This document shows positions 25,722 to 36,391 of a stretch of DNA of 64,000 nt, piece by piece. Within the stretch, counting starts at the first letter, position 1, and each line of letters starts with the position of its first letter. The DNA is taken from assembly GCA_002104905.1 (NCBI GenBank), contig MCFE01000052.1:62001-126000 (forward strand). Reading direction: 5' to 3'. The position numbers and the translations under genes were made by a program. The stretch is from Basidiobolus meristosporus CBS 931.73. Taxonomy: Eukaryota > Fungi > Basidiobolomycota. Under the pieces are notes generated by a model. That model was given only the letters and a program-made list of their open reading frames with translations, had not been told where the DNA came from and did no database searches.

Positions 25722-26738
25722 ATGATGGCACGTTTCAGAATGACACAGAAATTAAGTACTGCCATAATTCGATCGTATACTCATGCTCATAAGGAACGCC
25801 AAAGTAGGGTTTGTTGTTGGACTTGTGCTTTGTTATACCCACACATGCATTCTCTCATGCAGATCTGCAGCTATACTCCAAAATCAGTCGATTCCTTGAT
25901 CTATGTTAGTGCATTCAGCAGCCCAAGGCCATGCTTCTCCCTTACCTGTGCAAAGCGCAAATTACAAGGCGCGATTCGAACTGGTTGGGAAGAGCATTTC
26001 TCTTGGCTGGTAAAGTGACAGTGTACACACCAAAAAAAGCAATAGTAATAAGCACACAGATTATTCTGAAACCGTAGATACAGCCTCGTCACCAGCGTTC
26101 TGATTGTCAAGTTCAAATATCTCTGTCGGAGACTTTTGGTAAATGAATAACAGGGTTGAGAGCGGTTCCAGGTGGAAAATTACAGCGTACAGCGTGAGAA
26201 AGCCAGTATGTAAGGGTTTTGATTTCATTGTTCCTTTTACTGAGCTGCGTTCCAGGCTATTGAGTTCATAATCGACATGATCAATTAGTTACGTCGATAA
26301 CAATGCACAGATATCGGAACAATGCGAGCGGCGGTCAGGCTAGACATGAAATGATAGTTACTTTTGGAAGTGCGTCCAAACAACTATTTCCAAGCTACCA
26401 GCGATTTTCAACGTTCCTTGATGCACATCGATTTACAAACGCCACCGTTAGGCAGAGAAGCAAACCGACATAGCCTCTCTACTGACATTTTAACAGACTA
26501 GCTGAGATAACCCCGCAAGACAAAACGTCAGCGTACCTATGATTCTTGTGATTCCTATTTCGTCATCTCCCACCGAGTTTCATTTGCAACAAAGCGTAGG
26601 GATTCGTTTAGATCACTGGGATGCAAGGGACTGGAAAGGTCAAGGGAAATTATGCCTAATATAACTAGATGCTGTACCATATTCCTAAAATAACTAGATT
26701 CCCTTGAGATGCAGGATTCAAAAAATCAGGATTGAGCC
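25722..26738 (+). CDS. Putative micro-exon gene, hypothetical protein with a TPR-like segment (exon structure only partly resolved)
   Basis: Consecutive GT-AG introns join in frame to MMARFRMTQKLSTAIIRSYTHAHKERQ|NLQLYSKISRFLDL|SQITRRDSNWLGRAFLLA|DYSET|FKYLCRRLL. Downstream exons and the 3' end are uncertain. Confidence 0.4.
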
Positions 26739-27051
26739 ATTGTTATTAGGAGCTAGGTGAAATACTCGCTTCCTGGGGTTCTTTGATGCACCTGTAGTGA
26801 ACGCGCAGAATATGACACTATGTGTTCATTTGAAAACGCTCATTGTAACGCCAATTGGGAAGCGGTAAGGAGGTTGTCTCCTAAAGATGCGCGGAGACCT
26901 CCAACCAGTATAAATCTGATGTGGTCATTGACCATGCCCTTAAATTTAAATCAACGCTGAGACTGTCTCCTCCAAGGAGAAGCACCATCGCTTTGATTTT
27001 ATCCCCAGTATCCTTCCTGCCCGAAGCTCGCTCACTTATATGATAACCGAC

Positions 27052-29254
27052 ATGTCTTTTCCAGAGCTGGACGAGAAAAGGTACGGGCATCCTGCCGGTC
27101 TGGCTGTTTGCTGATTCACGGCTAATCACCGCGAAAAGTCTTCCAAATGTAGCACTCGTGGTTCGAGATATCACTCGTGCCAAGTCTATATCGCTAAGGC
27201 TGTATCCCGGCACGACGGTCAGGAAAGCCATAGAATTGGTGTGTAGCCTCTGAAATGCCCACCCCGCTTGCTAGCCTTCACTGACAGATTTTCTTAGTGT
27301 TGTGATAAATTTGAGTATTGGGAAGAATGGAACTACGGAATGTAATGGTTTGTTTACTACGCGCGTTTTCAGTTGACAGTGGAGTTAACTGATCTCCCAT
27401 TTAGCTATTCCCAGACGTTGAATAGCTGGCTCAATGATTGGTTTTCTGTCGAATCCTACCCGCCAGAGACAAGGGTGAGCTTTGTTATACATTTGTATCT
27501 ACGTTACAGTGTCTGATCTCCATCGAGTAGAAATCTTTGCTGCTGCTCACTAAGAAGCCAGATTACTTCGAGCTAATGGCCTCACGACTAGTAAGTTCGT
27601 TCCTAATTTACTTCAACAACAACGAACTTACATATCTATTCAGCCGGTGCTATCCAAGACGCCAGAGGACATCACCAAATTCGTTGCTTTCCGTCAGAGC
27701 TCATTCGCAAATCTATTCAACAAGACCTTCTCTGCTCTCAAAACTAAGATGCGCCCTGACTCTTTGTACCTAAGTATTTTGCTTTTTCGTCGAGACCACA
27801 CCGTTCTGCAAACAAGTAGCGGGGTTCTGCCCACAGTGGTCATTGCAGAAGACCTGAGCAAGACCTATACCGATCAAGAGTTCGATGAAAATAACGAAGG
27901 CTTTGCTTGGATTTTAAAATCGTCTATGGATTGGGAAGACGACACTGAGCAATTCACCTCCTTCTCGAACTCTCACCGCCAAGGAGGGAAGCTGGATCTA
28001 CGGGTGGCATTTTGTGAGGCGGTCACTACATTGACCAAACTCTTGAACCTGAAGAAGCTAGGATTTATCTATGACTATCCGGTCGAAATGGGTGTCACCA
28101 ACTCGAAATTTATCTTGGCATTTCAGTATGTTCCTGACAAGGAGCTCACCAACGTCGCCTCTGAGGCGTTAAAGAATGGAATACTTCGATGGAAATCCAT
28201 AGAGAGCTTGGAGCCTTCGGTCTATTCCCCTAGTTTTTCCATCCTCTCACAATGCTGGTCCATCTATAGCGCACGTAAAACCCAGTTGACGCCGGGGCTT
28301 TACGTAGGGCTCTATCATTTGCAATCAACACCCACTGGTCTTAATATTCTACTTTCCTCCGAGAGAAAACATCTCCTACCTATGGTTAAGATCCGAGATG
28401 ATTCCGAACTATCCGAGGAAGAGTGGGAATGGCTGAAATCCGGAAAGCAAAGGCCAGTTCAGGGGGAGGATATCCTCGAAGAGATCTGTTTGAACCTCCA
28501 GAGCTCTAAGGAATTTACCCACATGGACCACTTTAAATGGCTGTTCACCAGGAGCTTTCTAAGGCTACAGCAAATGACGCGTCTGTCACTATGTTCACAA
28601 GACATCTACGATGTCGAAACTATAGAAATTACCCTTCCCTCAACGAAGATGAATAACCGAGCTGCTTTTGTGCGAGCGAAAGATACATCCACAACTAGCG
28701 ATAAAGTACGCATGATACTCATAGTTAAACCTATGCAAATGCTTGATGAGAGCCTGATGTTTCGCGGGTTTGCATATCATCCCCGTCTAATCATGTACCC
28801 TTTCCGACTATTCGGTGCGCTTCATCACCACGTTCACGACCCTACTGTTTACGACCCGCTACGAAGGAACATACTACTACTACAGAGCACGATTCATAAA
28901 GCACAGAACGACCTCACCGCCTCGACAAAATCCATAAGCTTCAGTAACCAACAAGATACAACGAACACCCGTGACGTGATTAAGGTCCTGAAAGAGAAGA
29001 TCGAGGAGCTGAACGAGAAATGGAGCAGTACCTCCTGGGGGGTAAGAGTCCTAGATTGGGATAGAAACCGATCTTGGGAGAGTAAAATGGGGCATCAGAA
29101 TGGAACCCTTAACTTAATGCGCCGATCTAACTCTAATCCGCAACACTCCAAAGAAATGAAGATGCCTCGCGGCGCACATCTATCCAAGCCCAAAAGACCA
29201 ATGAGTCTTTGTCAGGCATCAGAGTACCCAATACCTAAACCGAACCTGGTATAA
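27052..29254 (+). CDS. Ubiquitin-like/RA-type domain + ANKFN1/WIDE AWAKE/Nmf9 conserved-core protein, 6 exons, ~637 aa
   Basis: join(27052..27080,27139..27238,27298..27341,27405..27474,27531..27590,27644..29254) is open, 1914 nt, with GT-AG introns of 53-63 nt. The exon 6 product carries ANKFN1-like blocks: FAWILKSSMDWED, LLNLKKLGFIY, LTPGLYVG, VKIRDDSELSEEEWEWL. Confidence 0.8.
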
Positions 29255-29479
29255 GCTTTTCACCATCCGAACCCTCATAATACCTAGATACAAGCTCTTA
29301 GAACTCTTTATTTATATAACTGTACTTTTAAGTTGAAACTTCATGTTACTTTTTTGTGTTCTTCTCTCTAGATCCCTGTACTTTAGTTACCAGTGAACAG
29401 AAACCGAGAACAATTACGGGACTGACGAAGTTAGAGACTTTCGTTTTTGCCAAATAAAGCTCGGCTGTTCAGAACTCGC

Positions 29480-29896
29480 TTAAAACAGCAAAGCAACCCA
29501 ACCGCCAATCAAGCATAAACCACCCAAAGGAGTTACAGGGCCCAATGGACGGAATCTTTCTTTGTCGAGAACCAAGAGGTAGATACTACCAGAAAAGAAC
29601 GCGGTGCCCGCAATGAGCAAGGGGCCAGCAGCATTGGTCTTACGCCCGAGAGAGGCGGCTAACAAGACCGCTGAGTGGAAAAGCTGATAATGAGCAGCAG
29701 TTTCCCACATCTTCAATTTTTTGGGATCGTTGTCTACATGCTTGGCTAAACCATGAGCACCGAAAGCTCCCAAGGCTACTCCGGTGGCACCTAGTACAAA
29801 TCATGTCAAAACCAAGAAAGAAGCTACACGTGCGTGTGTGCGCGTAATACCTAGGAAACAGCCAGCCCGCCAAAGAAACTGCGAAGTAACTACCAT
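29480..29896 (-). CDS. DUF423/TMEM256-family membrane protein, 2 exons
   Basis: GATGVALGAFGAHGL, WETAAHYQLFHS, FSGSIYLLVL and GPVTPLGGLCLIGGW; one GT-AG intron after MVVTSQFLWRAGCFL. Confidence 0.92.
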
Positions 29897-32161
29897 TGTT
29901 TGGTTAAGATGAATTGTTAGAATTTCTCCTTGAGAATATAAATGCACCATACATGGTGGCGGCTTATGTTGCTTAATAATCAACCGCACTCCAATTAGAT
30001 ATGGCATGTGTATAGATCCGTAGATGGAAACAATGCTAATCAGAATATTTTTGTGTAAAGTATTGGATAGTTTAGTTACTTTTTGACCTTTAGTGTAGCA
30101 TCAAGGGTTAAATAGGCTAATCATACCTCTTGGGACTTGCATCAAAATAATCATGAACCTCCTTCCTTTTCGATGAGATAGTGCACACTTTCTGGCTATC
30201 ACCAATGCATATTTTACCTTGGTGCTGAAAATCAAATATTCACAAAGACAAAACCATGACTGGAGCATATATCTTGATTAGTAAACGAATATAGCGAATC
30301 TACAATTCTGTGTGAAACATTAACGAGAATATTAAGCTAGCCATTGTAACCAAGTCAACCAAAATGATACGCATACCAGCCACTAAGCAATGCAATGTTT
30401 TCCCCATGATAGCCTCAACTTCAGATCAGGTATTCGTCTACTGATATATCCTCGCTCTGGTTTTAGGGATGGCTCCAAAGGGTGATTTGAAGGTCATCAG
30501 TACTAATGTCTCTGGATATGCAATTGAAGGTATTAGTGGTATCTATAGTTGCTGGTTCTGATTCCTTGATCATATTGCAAATAATCAATTAAGCACCAGA
30601 TTACTCATACACCATAATTATCTTCGGCAGATATCTTTGAATATGGCTGAGGAAGATGTTTTTACCAAGAACAAATATTGAAAAGATTGGCAAAGGAATC
30701 TAAAAGCCCTGCAAAATAATACCACACATACTTATATACCTTTCACAACACATTACAACACGTTCGTTTATTTTTACAAGATTGACAGATGTTTAAACAT
30801 ATATCTTTTCTCAATAAAGCAGTGAGCAAAACATTCTCACTTTTAGTTGTCACCAAGTCATTCTCAAGCCCCTCTTTAACATCAAACATACTGAAGTACA
30901 ATGAAGTACACCCACCTTTACTATTGCGAATTCTTGGGCAACTGAAGTACTATTCAACAGCCATACACCTGCCTTGGTGGTGATATGTTACAGTGGTAGG
31001 TACTTATCGCTTCTTCATTCATAAAATTGAAGCAAAGATCCATTACTCAAAAGTACATCACGATAATAATGATGAGACTTCACATAAAACATAGGGTCTT
31101 TTAGACACCAAAGTATACATTTGTCCTCATTTTCCGGATTTGAGGATCCAAATACTCTTAACCATAGATTCATGGTATAGCTGATTGCCAAATGAACATA
31201 TTGATATAAAGCCTTTGATCATCCATATCTAGGACCTTTCCACCATGATGCATTGTGCTAGAAAAACAATCATTCCACAACTCCTACGCACACCAGGAGT
31301 TACGCCCTTTGAATGGAGGATATGAATTTGCTATAGTTCCATTGCACTGTAGTATCCTCAAATAAAGAATTCCAATCTTCGCAAAAGAGTAGAATTTCGA
31401 GGCTATTTCTCATTTTCAGAGTCCAACAGAAATGAATATATATGAGGTTATATTCTTATGAACGTTTATCTCGAGCTGATGTACAGATATAGAGATGCAA
31501 ATTGACTTTTAGCATCGCAAATTTTATGCTGACTTGTTGACACCCGTATTAACTTGGACCCTAGATCTATTTTTCCAAGCCGGAGCAATTGAATTTCTCC
31601 AGAACACTGATAGTGTCAAAATTGAGCCCAGCCCAACTACCCTGGACCGTTCACTACACCTGGATAGTACTAGGTAACCCGCATGTGCACCAATTTGGGA
31701 ATTATAGATGATCGTGGAAAGTAGATGATAATCAGTTTACTGACTTGTGCTACTCACACATTGAGACAATGCCTGAATGTCAAACCCATCGTAGGAATCC
31801 TTGACTAAATTTTCTGGAATCGGAGAATAGGTTCAAGTGTAACGAGAAAATGCATCCGAATTGAAACAGGATGTCAGCTTTTTCAATACAACCAAATTCA
31901 GCATTGTGAACTATTTATTGTGGGTTGAAAGGGTGACCCAAATATTGTAGCCTGTGAATGATTTGCTAGTGAGAAACCTCAGTCATGATGATGGAGTTGC
32001 TGGATAAATGAAATAGGAAATGCTAAGATAGTGTGAATGGTTAGGGATCCGGGGATAAACAATATTGAATGTGATTAGCATCATATGTACAATTCAAGTG
32101 AATGGACGTCAAGGTATCCTTTTGACATGCAAGAGTGGTCATGTTACGCACTCTCAGGAAA

Positions 32162-33790
32162 TTACAGCTTCTTCTCCTCGGCGGGGGATTCAACATCGTA
32201 TCTGGGAGCTGATACAATTTCTTCACGGCTCTTGGTGTGGTACTTGCAAATAACCACATACACGAATCCTCCCAACAGGAGACCAATGAACCACGAGAAG
32301 TTGAACACCTTCTTGAAGAAGTCGGGGATACCCGCGACTCCGATCTTGTCCAAGAATCCTGGGAAGTTGGGGATGATGCCAATAATCAAGGCGACAATGG
32401 CTGGCATGTGGAATCCGTTACCATACCAGTAGATGCCTCCTGGCTTGTAGAGCTCGGGGACCTCGACATATCTCTTACGGACGATCCAGTAGTCGGCAAG
32501 GACGATTCCGCCAATGGGTCCGAGGAAGGTGGTGTAGGATGAGAGGAAGTTGAGGAAACCGTTGGCTCCTGAGAGCAACTTCCAGGGGCAGATGCAGATG
32601 CCAACCACCGAGCAGAGGATACTGCCACGTCTGATGGTCATATAGCGAGGAGCCAAGGAGGAGATGTCGTTGCCCGCGAACAAAGCGTTACCGGCGCAGT
32701 TGACTACCAATAAAGCCAGGGCGAAGCCAAGACCGAGGACGAATTGGAGCACACGGTTGAGTGCGTTTCCAGGGTCCATCTTGCTGATGAACACAATGGG
32801 ATCCCAGATGGCCTCACCATACAAGGCAATCGAGGCTGAGGAGATGAACACAGCCAAGAACCCGGTGAAGAACATGCCAAGGGGGATGGTCAATGCTTGG
32901 CCGATGGTCTGGGCACGAACGGTCTTGGAGTATCTGGTGTAATCGGGACAGTTGATGGCGAAGGTGGCCATATTTCCCATGACAGAGGTGACGCCGGAGA
33001 AGAAGGCCCAGAAGAAGGACTGCTTGGCCTTGACGTTTGTTCCGGCCATGGCCAGGACGGAGCTGAACCCACCGGCATTCACCACCGACCAGACAAACAA
33101 CACAATACCGGCCACGGGGAGGAAGAAGGCCTTGACCATGAACAGAGGTCTGATCTTCTCAGCGCCGAGGGCAATCACCGGGATACTGGCCAACCAGAAC
33201 ACCATGCATGGGATGAATTGGCGCATGTGGATGTCGGGGTCGGAGAAGCCCTTGGGGATGTCGTTGTATCCCGGCCAGCAAGCCAAGATCACCACATACA
33301 AACACTCGCCACCGAGCCAGAGGTTGACTCCGTACCAGATCCAGGCGAGAACGAAGCGCATGCACACCGGGATGTAGGCTCCCTTCATACCGAAACTGAG
33401 ACGACCGACCACCGGGAATGAGACATGGTACCTCGCTCCAGTCACTCCGCCGAGTGTGATGGCCACCGTGATCACAATCATACCGGTCATGAAGGTGAGC
33501 ATTGCTTGCCACCAGTTCATTCCGAGCGATACCAATGAACCAGCCATCAAGAACTTGGGAATGTTGAAGGCATCACTGATCCAGAATGAGACAAAGTTGA
33601 GAAGATCCCAGGTCTGTCTTTCTTCGGGAAGTGGGGCCATATCCTCACTCCAGTAGCGGTTGTTTTCATGCTCAACATCGCCACCCTTGGGCTTGATTTC
33701 CAACCAACTGTAAATAAAAGGGTACGCGTTAATTTCCAATATAAGACAATGCTTTGGCTAGATGATGTCTCACTTTCTGAATTTATCCAT
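32162..33790 (-). CDS. NCS1 nucleobase:cation symporter (Fur4/Dal4-type), copy 1
   Basis: join(32162..33707,33774..33790) gives MDKFRNWLEIKP..., 520 aa with ~12 hydrophobic segments; GARYHVSFPVVGRLSFG, DYTRYSK, LADYWIVRK. Confidence 0.93.
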
Positions 33791-36391
33791 TTGTGAATGC
33801 CGGAGGAGATGTTTACTGACTTTCAAAGGCGTCTCTTCAAACATATTTATAGTGTATTTTGCCTCAGGAAAAATCGTGTATGGGAATGTTGCACGAAAGT
33901 ACTGTACTTGGCTAATGTTTCTTCAGTACATAAAGCGCTTATCTTTCCCAAGGAGCCCAAATCTCGATTATTGTAATAGATGAGAAGCGCTCATGTGAGC
34001 AAGTCAAGAGACAATAAGATAGATTGATTTCGGATTCATAAACCAAGAGGGTGTACGCTCTCCGCATCTTGTCAGCTAAATGTAGAACGTGATTTTAATT
34101 TCAGAAAAGCGGAGTGATCAAATATACCACCAGACGTAAAGTGGCATACCAAACAATTTGTTTGACGGATTATCTTTAAAGTTTTGTGTATCCGGCGATG
34201 CATTTTAATTGATTGCGTACTGTAAAATTGAGGTCAGATTGCATTTGGACTAGTGGATAATCCCAAAACATAGACACCTGACTTGGCGTTGCCATCACTG
34301 GTAGCTCTACCTTTCGATAAATCCTTAAAGCTTTATTTTATAAGGATACCAATTCGCAATTAAATGACTGCCCCTTTGTTACACCATACATGGACGCTCT
34401 GACTTTCCTCTATATACTCTTTCGTTTGATTAGTTGAAGAAATATTTTCAGAATTCTTTCACTGAACGGGTGATGAGGGATTTAAGAAATCGCAAGTCAC
34501 ACTAACTGAATGACCTTTATCAATATACAAGTTTGCTCCTTGTCACTTCATTCCCGTTATTTGAGATTACATTTGATAGTGGATGTGCTACGTCCGATAA
34601 TCTATCGGACACAATCTTGCGCTACCTTACTTCGGGGATCCAGCTGTGAAGTATGGAAGGATCAAGTAAGCGCTTTTACGTTATGAATGATGTGTCTGAA
34701 TCCCAAACTTGACTTAATAGAGTAAGACAGAGTTTCAAACATTTATTTAGAATTCATATAAGGTTTATGCTTATACGCACTAAACAATAGCAGTAACTTT
34801 TTCTATTAGAGCACTGAACTCCATCATAGGTTTCAATCTAATCTGAGTCATATGGATCATGGCCGCCGAATAAGGACCTCCGGAACAGATGACTTTGGGT
34901 TGAGAACAGTTACTGAAGGAACTAATCCCGTAATGATCAGAAATTCAAGTTTGATCGGAGTGTTTCAAAGTTATCTTCCCGAAAGCTGGTTTACGAATAT
35001 GGATTAATCTTGATATAATGTTTGTAATCCTTGGATTGGTTTTTATCCTGAGATGAGGCGAGATTATTAGAGAATATTTGGATCTAGAAAACAACCAATT
35101 TGGAATAATTTTCGGAACAGAACAACAATCCCTCTATTCGATTCACACCCCTCAACATTTTCTTTTGTTAGATGATCTTTACTATTTTTCAAACTTTCAA
35201 GATAAAGGATAATTTTGACTTGCTTGATTTATGTTTGATGGATAGTATTATATTGCGAATTCACACTTTATACTGATGAAATTTTTAAGCCTACTATACC
35301 TGCATGCTATATTGGCTCCTATCTTTCTTGCCTCTTACAAATACAATATGAATGGACTCTATGTAAGTAGTTGGTAATGAATGGACACTCGAAACCTCGT
35401 TCATAGAAATATTACTATATAAGATACCACTATCCAAACGATAGTGTTATAATGTGCTTGTGCTCAATAACACTTCCGTAAATGCCCTGTGAACAAGCCA
35501 AGATCATTTTGGAAACAATTTTATGAAGTTAGCTGGCAAAGCACAGGATGATAAAATGATTATGATGTAGTAACTCTATTGTTGACATTCACCTACAATA
35601 CAAGACATGAAACAGCCGCTATACCGGTGCTTATTTAACATCCTACTATAATACGATGTAGATCATAGTGACATCCAATAGTTGCGTAAGAATGCACATT
35701 AATGGTCAACCTCTTGGCATATGGTATTTACCTAAGCTTGGTTTATAGGTCAGTATGAGAGGAATGTAGATATCATTATCCTAAAATAGTATACTTATCA
35801 CTTATCACTCAAACAATCAATGACCTTTGAGTGTTTACTCGGATGAACTTGTTTGAACTGATTGGTGTAAACGAGAATATTGCCACGTAATAATAAACCA
35901 TGAGCAGAATATTCCGAGTTGAGAATATATAATGAAATGCCATCAATCAAAAAGCCAAAGTACATATTTTTGGGCGAATTCGGTGGATATTAAAATATGG
36001 CATTAACATGGACTTGTATATGTTGGATATAAATAACTGGTTACGTAAATGGTAAAGAGCATCAAGCCAGTCGTCATATCTGAAACGCTCAGGGATTGTC
36101 ATGACGAAGTAGAGAAGGTAGAAGGTTCGTTTTTCAGGTAGTACGCATCAAAATTATCACCATCCGAGAACCCCACCATTCCTATTGGTAGGGAAGGGTC
36201 TGGCTCAGGCTGATGGGACTACCTTTGATGCAAATTTCATATGCACAAATACAAGTATTCTTAATTGGACGTCACAAAAGAGTCTAGTTGGTTGTAATTG
36301 ACTGAAACTAGGTCTACGTGGATTCTACTATAAATGTACGATTGATGGCTTAAGCAAGCAGCACATTATTTATCAAAATTTCATCTAAAGT

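Noticed and set aside
25965-25985. GTTCGAATC T-loop-like motif on the minus strand
   Set aside because: No paired T-stem or cloverleaf; no tRNA, rRNA or CRISPR array was found anywhere in the window.
26881-27231. 116-aa minus-strand ORF
   Set aside because: It lies antisense to exons 1-2 of the spliced plus-strand ANKFN1-like gene, which has coherent splice signals and domain pattern; most likely a shadow ORF.
31150-31260. Ricin-B-like peptide HHGGKVLDMDD...IWQ on the minus strand
   Set aside because: Short, closed by stops, and no second repeat found.
34850-34990. SDHYGI peptide resembling the EEP/TDP2 C-terminal motif
   Set aside because: Preceded by an in-frame stop, with no other EEP motifs nearby.
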